A DNA stretch of 64,000 bases from Planctomycetota bacterium (GTDB taxonomy: Bacteria > Planctomycetota > PLA2 > JAEUHO01): the NCBI GenBank assembly GCA_050248855.1, contig JBFWRP010000009.1, positions 32,001-96,000 of the forward strand, in the 5' to 3' direction. This document shows positions 30,170 through 40,564 of the stretch, one piece after another (position 1 is the first letter of the stretch; every line of letters starts with the position of its first letter). Position numbers and translations under genes: made by a program. Below the pieces are notes generated by a model. That model was not told the DNA's origin, searched no databases, and saw only the letters and a program-made list of their open reading frames with translations.

Positions 30170-31509
30170 TGTCGTGGCTGCCTGCCCTCCCCGATGCGCT
30201 GACCGCTTGGCTGGCGACGTGGTGGCTGCACGCCACGGTCCTGGCGTCGGGGGGCTGGCTCGTGCTGCGACACGCACGCGAGCTGTCGCCGCGCGTCGAG
30301 CAGGCGCTCGTGGTGTTCGTGCTCGTCGCGCCGTGGCTCACGGCCTCGATGGCTGCGGGCGCGCAGGTGGCCGACGAGGCCCCCGCTTCCGTGCCTGTCG
30401 CGAGCGAGGGTGCGCTCGCCCCGCCTGTGCTGGCGGAGCGCCCGGTGAAGGGTGCAAGCCCACGACCGACCCCCAGGACCTCGCGCACGTTCGAAGCGGC
30501 ACCCTCGTCGCCCGTTCCCCGCATCGCGCCGGAAGCCGCGGCGGCTCCGACCGCGACGCGCACGCGGCCCTTGGCCCCGGCCGCGGCAGCCGCGATCCTG
30601 CGCGCCCTCCTCGGCGCCTCGGGGCTCGTCGTGCTCGTCGGCATCGTGCGCGACCGGCGCGCAGCACGCGCGCTCCGTGCCCTGGACCACCAGCCGCTGG
30701 ACGAGCCGCTGGCCACGTTGGCCCACGGGCTCGTCGCCCGTGTGGGCGGCGCCGCCCACCGCGTCCGCTGGGCCCAGACGGACGACCTGCCCACGCCCCT
30801 CACCCACGGCGTGCGCATGCCGCTCGTGCTGGTGCCGCGGCGCGCGGCGGAGCTGCCGTCGGACGAGCAGCTGGCCCTGCTGGCGCACGAGCTGGCCCAC
30901 GTCGTGCGGCGCGATGCGCTCCGCGCGCACCTCGTGCGCGCGGCGGCACGACTCGCGCTCCTCGTCCCCTTCGCAAGCGCCGTGGCGCGGCGTTGGTCGC
31001 CGGCCGTCGAGCGGGCTGCCGACGACGTGGCTGCCGCATGGACCGGCAACCGCCGCGCGTTGGCCTCGTGCCTGGTCCGCGTCAGCGGCTGGCACGACGC
31101 ACGGCGCATGCCCCTGGCGGCGACCGCCATGGCCGATCGACCGCCGCACCTGCAGGTGCGCGTGGAGCGCCTGCTCGCTTCGCCCGTGCGCGGAGCCGGT
31201 GCGCTGACGGTGCTGATCCTCGTATCGGCCGGCGCCGGGCTGGGCACCGTCGCCTTCGCCGCGGCGCCCACCGCACGACCCGCCTCCTTGACGCCGGACG
31301 CGACGACGATCTCGGACGAGCCGAGCACGGCCGCGCTTGGCGACCCACTCGAGTCCGAGCTGTCGGCCCTGGACACCGAGCTCGACGAGCTTCTGTCCCT
31401 GGCCCGACGCGCTCGCCCCAACCCGCATCTCGACGCCGCTCTCGATCGCCTCGCCGCCCGTCGACATGCGCTGCGTCAGGCGGCCGATGACGCGCGATCT
31501 TCACGCTGA
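30169..31509 (+). CDS. BlaR1-like M56 metallopeptidase (no penicillin-binding domain)
   Basis: TM helices, LAHELAHVVRRD, ERAADD. Coupled to the BlaI-like gene. Confidence 0.88.
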   Translation: MSWLPALPDALTAWLATWWLHATVLASGGWLVLRHARELSPRVEQALVVFVLVAPWLTASMAAGAQVADEAPASVPVASEGALAPPVLAERPVKGASPRPTPRTSRTFEAAPSSPVPRIAPEAAAAPTATRTRPLAPAAAAAILRALLGASGLVVLVGIVRDRRAARALRALDHQPLDEPLATLAHGLVARVGGAAHRVRWAQTDDLPTPLTHGVRMPLVLVPRRAAELPSDEQLALLAHELAHVVRRDALRAHLVRAAARLALLVPFASAVARRWSPAVERAADDVAAAWTGNRRALASCLVRVSGWHDARRMPLAATAMADRPPHLQVRVERLLASPVRGAGALTVLILVSAGAGLGTVAFAAAPTARPASLTPDATTISDEPSTAALGDPLESELSALDTELDELLSLARRARPNPHLDAALDRLAARRHALRQAADDARSSR

Positions 31510-31535
31510 GCTCCAGGGCAAGTCAGGAGAGTCCC

Positions 31536-32771
31536 ATGCCGACACACGCCATCCCGAGGGTTCTCGCCGCGGTACTGCTGGGCGCCACGCTGGTGTCCGC
31601 CACCGCTGTCGCCGATGACAAGCCAACGAGTGGGGTCATCCAGCGACCGCCGCCCGCGCCGGCGCCGGAGGGTCCGTCGCGCGTCTACGACACCGCAGGA
31701 CTCGGCTTCACGCAGGAGATGCTTGCCGAGCTGCCTACGCACCCCAACGGCCGGATCTTCCTCATCGGCCGTGAAGCGGAGGGTTCCCAGCGACTCTTGG
31801 TGCAAGGCCCAGATGCCTTCCATCGCGCCGTCGAAGCCTGGATCGAGCAGCGGCGCGGTCTCCTCGAGGGTGTCGACACCGCCATCTTGAAGGGGCTCGT
31901 GTGGCACCTCGAGCAGCGGATCGAGGCCTCGCGTAGCCGCCACGCCCAGCTCGTGGATCAGCGCGAGGCACTCGATGGGCACCTTCGGCAACTCGCTCAG
32001 GATGGCGGCGACGACGCACGGTTGCGGCGTGACCAGGGCACCCTGCTGGACGCGCGTTCACGGGTGGAGGAGGCGATCGCCCGGAGCCACGCCGAGCAGC
32101 GTGAGCTGGAGCAGAAGCTGGATGTCCTCCGTGGTCCTGGTTCGGAAGAGCGGCGCAAGGCGATCGAGGCCCTGAACGACACGCTCGTCACCCACGTGCG
32201 GACGGGACCCATGGTCCGAAGGTTACCGGGCCCCGTCCTGTTTCGAGTCCAGGGAGATACCGGCACGTTCGTGTCGGTCGACCAGGCGGCTGCGGACGCG
32301 GTAGCCGAGCTCAAACGCCGCGCGGCGGCCATCGAGCGCCAGCGCGCCGACCTTGATGTCCGCGTGGCTCGTATCGCCGACCTGGCCGGGCGTCTGGAAG
32401 CCGACGAGCACGACAAGCGCGCGTCGCTCGACAAGGAGATCGACCGCATCACGCGCACGCAGGACGAGCTGAAGGTGATGGCGGAAAGCCTGGCGGTCCG
32501 CAAGACCCAGCTCGAGTCGGCCCTGGCCGAGAAGCGCTACGACGAGCTTCGCCAGCACATCGCCAAGCTCGATGCGGAAGCGCGGGAGCGCGAGGCCTCG
32601 CGCTCGGCGCGCCGGCCCCAGGCCAACACGTCCCAGCGCAACCCGGAGGAGCGCGCGGGGCTCTTGGACGAGGTCCGTGCCCTGCGCGCGGAGGTGCGCG
32701 AGGTGAAGGCCTTGGTCCTCAAGCTGCTGGAGCAGGACGCCGCGGAGGCTGACGCCCGCAGCGCCCGCTGA
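31536..32771 (+). CDS. Secreted coiled-coil protein
   Basis: AGGAG RBS, signal peptide, long heptad-rich helices. Confidence 0.7.
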   Translation: MPTHAIPRVLAAVLLGATLVSATAVADDKPTSGVIQRPPPAPAPEGPSRVYDTAGLGFTQEMLAELPTHPNGRIFLIGREAEGSQRLLVQGPDAFHRAVEAWIEQRRGLLEGVDTAILKGLVWHLEQRIEASRSRHAQLVDQREALDGHLRQLAQDGGDDARLRRDQGTLLDARSRVEEAIARSHAEQRELEQKLDVLRGPGSEERRKAIEALNDTLVTHVRTGPMVRRLPGPVLFRVQGDTGTFVSVDQAAADAVAELKRRAAAIERQRADLDVRVARIADLAGRLEADEHDKRASLDKEIDRITRTQDELKVMAESLAVRKTQLESALAEKRYDELRQHIAKLDAEAREREASRSARRPQANTSQRNPEERAGLLDEVRALRAEVREVKALVLKLLEQDAAEADARSAR

Positions 32772-32780
32772 CGAGGCGCG

Positions 32781-34655
32781 TCAGTCGATCCGAACGATGC
32801 GCCAGCCCTTCTCGCCGCCGTCCGCCATGCGGTAGCGGTGCCCGCCGTAGACGGGGAGGGTGGCGAACGTGATCGAGCCGTCGGGCTCGCGGATCACGCG
32901 CATCGTCAAGAAGATCTGCATCAACAGATCGTCGCAGTCGCCCGTGGTGCGGTGCTTGGAGCGGCTCTCGAACTCCTGGATCCAGCCGTCGCGTACTGTC
33001 TCGAGCGGCGTGTCCGCGGGCCAATGACCGGCCTCGATCTCGTAGGCGCGCAGCGCCTCCCAGTCGATGGCGACCTCCAGCAGGTCGCGGCGCGGGAGGT
33101 GGTAGCCACGGCCGAAGCGGATGAAGGCCTGCCACGCATTGGTCGGCGTGCCCTCGATCGCGTCGTACCAGTCCGGCGCCGGACCGCCCTCGCCCTTGGG
33201 CACGATGCCCGAGCGCGGCAGCAGGCCATCGGCCCCCAGCAGGGATCCGTCCTCGGCGCGAAGGCGATAGACCGTCTCGAAGCCTAGGCGCGAGCGCACG
33301 CGCACCGTCCGCACGCCGTCGTCGGCCGTGCTGACGTCGACGGTGAGGTCGGCCTCGCCCGTGGCCACCGCGCCGGAGCCCGCCTTGGGCGCGCGCGCGA
33401 ACCGCGGGTCGAAGCCGGGCAGGACCCAGTGTGCCGATCCCGAGGCCGGCGTGGCATCCCGGGCCAGGAGGAGCACGGCGAGCGTGCCCATGGTCGCGTC
33501 CGCGCGCACGGCGCCGTCCATCGTGACGGGCGGGCGCCCCTCCATCTCGTGCGAGATGTGCATCACCTCGCCGCTGCGCTCGAACTTGGAGCTGCCGCTC
33601 TCCGACGGCGAGGTGTGGCTTCGGCTACCGCGCAGCACCGTGAGGTCTTGGGCCAGGCGACACGTCAGCTCGCTGCGGACCACGGCGTCCCCGCCGGCGC
33701 GTTCGGTGACTTCGCGGACGTCCCAGGCCGGCTCGCCGCCCTCGCTGGCCGGCGTGGCCTCGAACAGCACGCTGCCGATCGTGGCGCCGTCGAGCACGAG
33801 GTCGCCTTCGAAGCGCCAGGCCTTGGCCGGGGCGTCCAGGCAGGCGCGGGCCGCCCGCGCCGCCTCGGCAGCGCGGTCCCGCAGCGACTGGGCAAGACCC
33901 TCGGGGTCCTCGAGGACGAGGGCCTCCCCGTCACCGCGGGTCACATCCAGGCCGAGCCCGACGATCTCGAAGGCCTCGAGCGTGCCGTCGGCGCCGAACG
34001 CGAAGCGCAGCGTGCGCTGGCCCCGCGTGATGCTGAGCGTCTCGAGCTCGCGCACCTCCTCGCCCTGCCGCCAGCGCACCGCGCCATGCGACTCGACGTG
34101 GAGCGGGGCGACGTACGGGTCGCCGGGCGCGGGGTCCGGATCGAAGTCCGCGATGGCCTTGCCATCCGCGCCGTCACCCTGTGCGCGCAACCAGAGCAGC
34201 AGGCCCGGGGTAGTCGCCAGCGCGGGCCCCACGCTCTCGGGCTCCAAGTGGTTCTCGTACTCGGGCGTCTGGTGCTCCAGGACGAAGTCCTTCTCGCGCT
34301 TGGTCCACTGCGCGGCGAGGAAGCCGCCCTCGTTGCTGCGGCGGTAGCTGCCCGCCAGCGCGTGGCCGTGCGCATCGAGCCACGCTTCGCTCTGCTGCGC
34401 GTCCATCTGGGGCTGGGTCGGCTCGAGCTTCTCCATCACGCGCCACGCTGCACCCTCGGGGGCGCCTGCGAGGGGCCCCTTGCCGGTGGGCACGGCGAGC
34501 AGGCGCAGTCGCGCCACGGGCTTGCCCAGGTGGCGCACGGTGCCGGTCCAGGTGAAGCCTTGGGCCGGGGCCGCCGCTTCTTCGGCGGTCACGGGGGCGG
34601 CGGCGCCTGCCACGGCAAGCAGGGCGACGACGGCGAGGTGGCGCGGCCAGGACAT
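32781..34655 (-). CDS. Secreted hypothetical protein (two beta-rich modules + C-terminal alpha/beta domain)
   Basis: Signal peptide. C-terminal domain is similar to that of the neighbouring ORF. Confidence 0.7.
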   Translation of the reverse strand: MSWPRHLAVVALLAVAGAAAPVTAEEAAAPAQGFTWTGTVRHLGKPVARLRLLAVPTGKGPLAGAPEGAAWRVMEKLEPTQPQMDAQQSEAWLDAHGHALAGSYRRSNEGGFLAAQWTKREKDFVLEHQTPEYENHLEPESVGPALATTPGLLLWLRAQGDGADGKAIADFDPDPAPGDPYVAPLHVESHGAVRWRQGEEVRELETLSITRGQRTLRFAFGADGTLEAFEIVGLGLDVTRGDGEALVLEDPEGLAQSLRDRAAEAARAARACLDAPAKAWRFEGDLVLDGATIGSVLFEATPASEGGEPAWDVREVTERAGGDAVVRSELTCRLAQDLTVLRGSRSHTSPSESGSSKFERSGEVMHISHEMEGRPPVTMDGAVRADATMGTLAVLLLARDATPASGSAHWVLPGFDPRFARAPKAGSGAVATGEADLTVDVSTADDGVRTVRVRSRLGFETVYRLRAEDGSLLGADGLLPRSGIVPKGEGGPAPDWYDAIEGTPTNAWQAFIRFGRGYHLPRRDLLEVAIDWEALRAYEIEAGHWPADTPLETVRDGWIQEFESRSKHRTTGDCDDLLMQIFLTMRVIREPDGSITFATLPVYGGHRYRMADGGEKGWRIVRID

Positions 34656-34662
34656 CGGCGGC

Positions 34663-35949
34663 CTACCGCTTCGGCGCCGGGAGGCGGTCCAGGAACCACT
34701 TCCCGTCGTAGCGACCGACATGCAGGCGCAGCGACTGGAACGTCTCGGGGAACGCGACGGTCGCGCCGTCCTCGCTGCCCTCGTCCATCTCCAGGGCGAC
34801 GCTGTCACGCACCATCATCAGACCCATCTGGACCATGTCCCGGTCGTTCTTGGGCAGCGACTGGCGCCAGGTCGCGAGCAGGCGCAGCCGCAGCTGCTCC
34901 ACGGTGGGCGGGTTCTTGCCGTCGACGGCCGGAGCGGCCTCGACCAGTGCAGCGTGGATGGACGGCCAGTGCATCAGCGAGTCCAGGAGGTCCACGTCAC
35001 CGGTGCCGTACGCCAAGGCCCAGTCGAGACCGGCCTGGAGAGCGTCATCGCGGCCACGGGGCAGGGCCGGCTTGTCCGCGTCCGCACGGGCGGGCGCCTG
35101 CCCCTCCCGCACCATCAAGACGAAGGGCTTGGACTTGGAGCCGAGCTTGGCGCCGCGGAGCGCCTTCGTCTCCTTGTCGAACCACATCACCAAGGTGTCG
35201 TCGTCACCCCGCTTCGACTCCACCGCGTAGGCGGGCTGCCCCTCTTGGCGACCGTTGACGTCGAGCACGTACGAGGCGGTCTGGAAGCGCTCCTCCTCGT
35301 CGGGCCCGTGCAGCGCGAGCCCCGCGTGAAGCACGCCGTTGCCCTCGGGGATCGTCAGGCGCTGGAGCAGCACGAACGCACCCAGCGTCGGCACGAGCGG
35401 CCCCTCGACCTGGACGTCGCGCGGTTCACCGCGTTCCTCCCCGGCGATCGGCACGAACCGCAGCTGACCCGCCGGCGCGCCCGGCACGATCTCCATGCGG
35501 TGGTCGACCCCGTCGGGGTCGTGCTGGTGCCAGCGGCCGCGGAGCGGCATCAGGTGGCGGTCCAGGACGACCTCCGCCTCGTGGCGCATCTCTTCTGCAC
35601 CGGCGACCGTGAAGTCGACCGTGAACAGCTCGCGCACGCGCCAGCGCGGAGCGCCGCCCTCTTCGATGACGTCGACCGTGATCTCGAAGACGCCGCGCGG
35701 CGCGGGCTCGATCGGTGCGCCGCTCATCTCGGTCCAACCGCGGAACGAGAACGCCCCGGTGGCGGAGGGCTCGGGCAAGGCGGCCAAGCGGGCGGCAAGT
35801 GCGGCCCTGGCATCCGCGGTGGCGGGGGGGGCTTCGTCCTCCACGGGGGCGCCCGTCGTGGGCGGGTCCTCCGCGTGGACCGGGGCGCCGCCGAGGACGC
35901 CGACAAGGACCAGGAGTGCCAGGACGAGCAGGCTCGGGACGTTCTTCAT
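34663..35949 (-). CDS. Secreted hypothetical protein, paralogous to 32781-34655
   Basis: Signal peptide MKNVPSLLVLALL and a shared C-terminal motif pattern. Confidence 0.7.
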   Translation of the reverse strand: MKNVPSLLVLALLVLVGVLGGAPVHAEDPPTTGAPVEDEAPPATADARAALAARLAALPEPSATGAFSFRGWTEMSGAPIEPAPRGVFEITVDVIEEGGAPRWRVRELFTVDFTVAGAEEMRHEAEVVLDRHLMPLRGRWHQHDPDGVDHRMEIVPGAPAGQLRFVPIAGEERGEPRDVQVEGPLVPTLGAFVLLQRLTIPEGNGVLHAGLALHGPDEEERFQTASYVLDVNGRQEGQPAYAVESKRGDDDTLVMWFDKETKALRGAKLGSKSKPFVLMVREGQAPARADADKPALPRGRDDALQAGLDWALAYGTGDVDLLDSLMHWPSIHAALVEAAPAVDGKNPPTVEQLRLRLLATWRQSLPKNDRDMVQMGLMMVRDSVALEMDEGSEDGATVAFPETFQSLRLHVGRYDGKWFLDRLPAPKR

Positions 35950-36172
35950 GGCGGCATCCTGCCACGGGCCAGCGAGCCTCCCCCGCCACGGCGCGGGACG
36001 GCGGCCCCCGCTCCCGAATGGGTCCTTGGTCCCTGGTCGCCGAGACGCCCGCCCCTTCGGGGCGAGGGCCCACCGCTCGGTGACCGGGCCGGGGGTGGAT
36101 GCCGCCAAGGTGAGGACGGGCCGGGGGAGCGGGTAGGGTGCCCGGCCCCGTCAGGAGGAATCCGCCCCCGCC

Positions 36173-38893
36173 ATGGCCGCTGCCCGATCCAAGAAGCCCG
36201 CCGGCAAGCCGCTCGTGATCGTCGAGTCGCCGGCGAAGGCCAAGACGATCTCCCGCTTCCTGGGTGGTGAGTACGAGGTGCAGGCTTCGATCGGCCACGT
36301 ACGCGACCTGCCCGAGCGGGGCGGGAAGCTCCCGGAGAAGTGGAAGGGTCACCCCCGCGCCCGGCTCGGCGTCGACATCGAGAACGACTTCGAGCCCATG
36401 TACGTCGTCCCGGACGACAAGAAGGACCAGATCCGGGCCTTGAAGCGACTGCTGGCCGATGCGCCGGCGCTCTGGCTCGCCACCGACGAGGACCGCGAGG
36501 GGGAGTCGATCTCCTGGCACCTGTTGGAAGTGCTCGACCCGAAGGTCCCCGTCCATCGCCTCGTCTTCCACGAGATCACGAAGTCGGCGATCGAGAAGGC
36601 GCTGACCTCGCCGCGTGACATCGACCTGCATCTCGTGAAGGCGCAGGAAGCGCGACGCATCCTGGACCGCTTGGTCGGCTACGAGGTGTCGCCCGTGCTG
36701 TGGCGGCGCATCAAGCCGCGCTTGAGCGCCGGACGCGTGCAGAGCGTCGCGCTGCGCCTTCTCGTCGAGCGCGAGCAAGAGCGCATCGCGTTCCACTCCG
36801 CGGAGTTCTGGGACCTGGCCGGCCGTTTCGCGCCGGTGGGCAAGAAGGCCGACGCCTTCGAGGCGCAGCTCGTCGAGGTCGCGGGCAAGCGGGTCGCAAG
36901 CGGCCGCGACTTCGACCCGGCGACGGGCCGCCTGGGCACCGACGCCCGCGATGTGACGTGGCTCGATGCGCAGGCCGCCCAGGCGCTGCACGCGGCGCTG
37001 GCCAGCAAGACCGCGAAGGTGCTGGACGTCGAGGAGAAGCCCCTCTCGCAGCGCCCCGCGGCGCCGTTCACCACGAGCACCCTGCAGCAGGAAGCGGGTC
37101 GCAAGCTGCGCTTCGCCTCCAAGCGCACGATGCAAGTCGCGCAGCGCCTCTACGAGAACGGCTGGATCACGTACATGCGTACGGACTCCACCGAGCTCAG
37201 CAGCGAAGCGCTCGGGGCCGCACGCAGCCTCATCGCGCGCCAGTACGGCAACGAGTTCCTGCCCACCGAGCCGCGCACCTGGCGCACCAAGGTGAAGAAC
37301 GCCCAGGAGGCGCACGAGGCCATCCGTCCTGCGGGCTCCTCGTTCGCCACGATCGACGCCGTCCGCAAGGCGCTCGATCGCGACGCCGCCGCGCTGTACG
37401 AGCTGATCTGGAAGCGCACCGTGGCCTCGCAGATGCCCGACGCCCGCGGTCGTCGCGTCACCGTCCGCGTCGGGATCGGCGACGCCGTGTTCCGGGCCTC
37501 CGGCAAGATCATCGACTTCCCCGGTTTCATGCGCGCGTACGTCGAAGGCTCGGACGACCCGCAGGCAGAGCTGGCCGAAGCCGAGCACATCCTCCCGCCC
37601 GTCCAGGCCGGGCAGACGCTGGACGTGCTCGACCTCGAGGCCAAGCAGCACCAGACGCAGGCCCCGGCGCGCTACACGGAAGCCAGCTTGGTCAAGGAGC
37701 TCGACGAGCGCGGCATCGGCCGCCCGTCCACGTGGTCCAGCATCATCGGCGTGCTGCTGGAGCGCTCGTACGCGTTCAAGAAGGGCACGGCCCTGGTCCC
37801 CACCTACACGGCCTTTGCCGTGATCCGCTTGCTCAAGCGCCACTTCAGCCCCCTGTGCGACTACGACTTCACGGCGCACATGGAAGATGACCTCGACGAG
37901 ATCTCGCTCGGGCGCGCGGAGAGCCGCGAGTACCTGCGCCGCTTCTGGGCCGGCAACGGCCAGCCGGGTCTGGAGACGCTGGTCGAGAAGGGCATGGCGG
38001 AGGCGGATCCGCGCGAGCTCTGCGGGTTCACGCTCGGAACCACCGACGACGGCCGCACGATCGAAGTCCGCGTCGGCAAGTACGGCTTGTTCCTGACCGA
38101 CGGCGAGGTCCGCGCTTCGGTCGACGACGAGGTCGTGCCCGACGAGCTGGGTCTGGCGAAGGCTCTCGAGCTCCTGGCCGAGGCCGCGCGTGGCCCCCAG
38201 GCCCTGGGGGACGACCCGGAGACCGGCCGCCCGGTGTTCCTGCTCACGGGTCGCTACGGCCCCTACGTCCAGCTGGGCGACCAGCAGGAGGACGAGGACC
38301 TCAAGCGCGTCAGCCTGCTGGACGGGATGGATCCCGAGCAGGTCGACCTCGACCTCGCGCTGCGCCTCCTGGGACTACCCCGCGACCTGGGGCCCAGCCC
38401 GGACGACCCAAGCGGCGAGCACGTGATGGCGCGTGTCGGCCGCTACGGCCCGTACGTGACGTGCGGCAAGGAGAGCCGCTCGCTGCCCCGCGGCGCCAGC
38501 CCCCTCGAGGTGACGCTGGGCGAGGCCCTCGAGCTGTTGCGCCAGCCGCGCCGCGGGCGCGGCCAGCAGGCCCCGGCCGCACCGCTTCGCGAGCTTGGCG
38601 CGCATCCCCAGAGCGGGCTGACGCTGAAGATCCTGGACGGGCGCTACGGCCCGTACGTCACCGACGGCACCGTGAACGCCAGCCTCCCCAAGGGGACCGC
38701 GCCGGAGTCCCTCACGATGGAGGAGGCCGTCGACCTGCTGGCCAAGCGCGCAGCGCGGCTGGCCGCGGGCGGCGGTCGGGGACGTGGCAAGAAGCCCGCC
38801 AAGAAGAAGGCCGCGAAGAAGAAGAGCGCCACGAAGAAGGCGGCCAAGAAGAAGGCCGCGCCCCGGAAGAAGGCCGCAAGGAAGAAGGCCTGA
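36173..38893 (+). CDS. topA: DNA topoisomerase I
   Basis: IVESPAKAKTI, ATDEDREGE, SAGRVQS, ITYMRTDS, Topo-C repeats GRYGPYV, Lys/Ala-rich tail. Confidence 0.97.
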   Translation: MAAARSKKPAGKPLVIVESPAKAKTISRFLGGEYEVQASIGHVRDLPERGGKLPEKWKGHPRARLGVDIENDFEPMYVVPDDKKDQIRALKRLLADAPALWLATDEDREGESISWHLLEVLDPKVPVHRLVFHEITKSAIEKALTSPRDIDLHLVKAQEARRILDRLVGYEVSPVLWRRIKPRLSAGRVQSVALRLLVEREQERIAFHSAEFWDLAGRFAPVGKKADAFEAQLVEVAGKRVASGRDFDPATGRLGTDARDVTWLDAQAAQALHAALASKTAKVLDVEEKPLSQRPAAPFTTSTLQQEAGRKLRFASKRTMQVAQRLYENGWITYMRTDSTELSSEALGAARSLIARQYGNEFLPTEPRTWRTKVKNAQEAHEAIRPAGSSFATIDAVRKALDRDAAALYELIWKRTVASQMPDARGRRVTVRVGIGDAVFRASGKIIDFPGFMRAYVEGSDDPQAELAEAEHILPPVQAGQTLDVLDLEAKQHQTQAPARYTEASLVKELDERGIGRPSTWSSIIGVLLERSYAFKKGTALVPTYTAFAVIRLLKRHFSPLCDYDFTAHMEDDLDEISLGRAESREYLRRFWAGNGQPGLETLVEKGMAEADPRELCGFTLGTTDDGRTIEVRVGKYGLFLTDGEVRASVDDEVVPDELGLAKALELLAEAARGPQALGDDPETGRPVFLLTGRYGPYVQLGDQQEDEDLKRVSLLDGMDPEQVDLDLALRLLGLPRDLGPSPDDPSGEHVMARVGRYGPYVTCGKESRSLPRGASPLEVTLGEALELLRQPRRGRGQQAPAAPLRELGAHPQSGLTLKILDGRYGPYVTDGTVNASLPKGTAPESLTMEEAVDLLAKRAARLAAGGGRGRGKKPAKKKAAKKKSATKKAAKKKAAPRKKAARKKA

Positions 38894-38992
38894 ACGCCCG
38901 CGCACGGGTCATTCCTACCGGGCGTTGGGCGGCGGGGGCTACCGTACCGCCGCCCGGCAGCCGAGGGGCTCGGCGGGGCGGGAGCGCGGACG

Positions 38993-40048
38993 ATGAAGAT
39001 CGAGACGATTGCCCGGGAAGGCTACGAGCACATCGCGCGCTGCGAGGACCCCGAGAGCGGCCTTCGCGCCCTCATCTCGATCCACGACACGACGCTCGGT
39101 CCTGCGCTCGGCGGCATGCGCATGTGGCCCTACGCCTCGTGGGACGACGCGCTGTTCGACGTGCTGCGCCTCTCCAAGGGCATGACCTACAAGTCGGCCG
39201 TGGCCGACACGGGCCTGGGCGGCGGCAAGAGCGTCATCCTCGGCAACCCCAAGACCGACAAGTCCGCCAAGCTCTTCGAGGCCATGGGCTCGTTCGTGGA
39301 CTCCATGGGCGGCCGGTACATCACGGCCGAGGACGTCGGCACCTCCGTCGAGGACATGGTCATCCTCAAGCGCAAGACCAAATGGGTCACGGGCTTGCCG
39401 CACGAGATGGGCTCCAGCGGCGACCCCTCGCCCTGGACGGCGCTCGGCGTGTTCCGCGGCATGAAGGCCTGCCTCGAGGAGGTCTTCGGCAGCGGGGACT
39501 TCAAGGGCAAGACGGTCGCGATCCAGGGCTGCGGCCACGTCGGCCTGTACCTGGCGCGCCACCTGCACGAGGCGGGCGCCAAGCTGCTCCTCGCCGACAT
39601 CAGCGAGGACCGCGCCAAGAGCATCGCCGACGAGACCGGCGGCCAAGTCATGGACCCCGCGGAGATCCTCTTCGCGGAGTGCGACATCCTTGCGCCCTGC
39701 GCGCTCGGCGCCGTGCTCAACGACGACACGCTGCCCAAGCTGCACACCCCCATCATCGCGGGTGCGGCCAACAACGTGCTGCTGCGCGAAGAGCACGGCC
39801 TGAAGCTGAAGGAAGCCGGCGTCCTCTACGCACCCGACTACGTCATCAACGCCGGCGGCATCATCAACGTGTCGATCGAGGTCGAGCCCTCGGGCTACGA
39901 CGAGGCCCGTGCGCGCGCCAAGGTCGAGAACATCTACATCGCGCTCAAGCGCGTGTTCGAGATCGCCAAGGAGCAGGGCATCTCCACGAACGAGGCCAGC
40001 AACCGCCTCGCCGAAGAGCGCCTGCGCGCGGCGGCCGCGAAGGCGTAG
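38993..40048 (+). CDS. Leucine dehydrogenase (Glu/Leu/Phe/Val dehydrogenase)
   Basis: IHDTTLGPALGG.R, GMTYK, LGGGK, TAEDVG, GAANN, PDYVINAGG. Confidence 0.93.
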   Translation: MKIETIAREGYEHIARCEDPESGLRALISIHDTTLGPALGGMRMWPYASWDDALFDVLRLSKGMTYKSAVADTGLGGGKSVILGNPKTDKSAKLFEAMGSFVDSMGGRYITAEDVGTSVEDMVILKRKTKWVTGLPHEMGSSGDPSPWTALGVFRGMKACLEEVFGSGDFKGKTVAIQGCGHVGLYLARHLHEAGAKLLLADISEDRAKSIADETGGQVMDPAEILFAECDILAPCALGAVLNDDTLPKLHTPIIAGAANNVLLREEHGLKLKEAGVLYAPDYVINAGGIINVSIEVEPSGYDEARARAKVENIYIALKRVFEIAKEQGISTNEASNRLAEERLRAAAAKA

Positions 40049-40059
40049 GGCGGCGCCGC

Positions 40060-40506
40060 TCAGAGATGCCGTGACGGGTCGTCGCCGAGGCCTTCTTCGC
40101 CCGTGGCCTCGACGACGGCGGCGGACACGCGGCGGCCTTCGACGAGCAGCGTGATCCAGACGAGGCCCGTCCACAGCACGACGCCGAGGATGGCCACGCG
40201 ATCGTCGTCGAGCGGCCCACCGCGCCAGATGGCAACCAGCAGCGCCGCGGCGCACAGGCGTCCGCGCCAGACGCGCGAGCGGGCGCGCAGGCCCAGCGAA
40301 CCCAGCGAGGCGAAGACGGTCGACGCGGCAAGCGCCCCCAGCACGATCGTCCACGGCGTCGCGAGCTCGCCCGCCGCCGCGGCCCGCCCCACCTTCGCGA
40401 GCACGACGAGATGCGCCAGCACGTCGAGCACGAGCACGATCCGTGCGAACGGGCTCGCCGACAGGGCCCGCGCATGCGGATAGGACTTCACGCCAGGGCG
40501 GGCCAT
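40060..40506 (-). CDS. Small membrane protein
   Basis: About 4 hydrophobic helices. Fills the gap downstream of the helicase. Confidence 0.55.
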   Translation of the reverse strand: MARPGVKSYPHARALSASPFARIVLVLDVLAHLVVLAKVGRAAAAGELATPWTIVLGALAASTVFASLGSLGLRARSRVWRGRLCAAALLVAIWRGGPLDDDRVAILGVVLWTGLVWITLLVEGRRVSAAVVEATGEEGLGDDPSRHL

Positions 40507-40564
40507 GGGCTGCACGGCGGCACGGTACGGGACGCCTGCGGTCACGGGCCCCTTTCGGCCCCGG

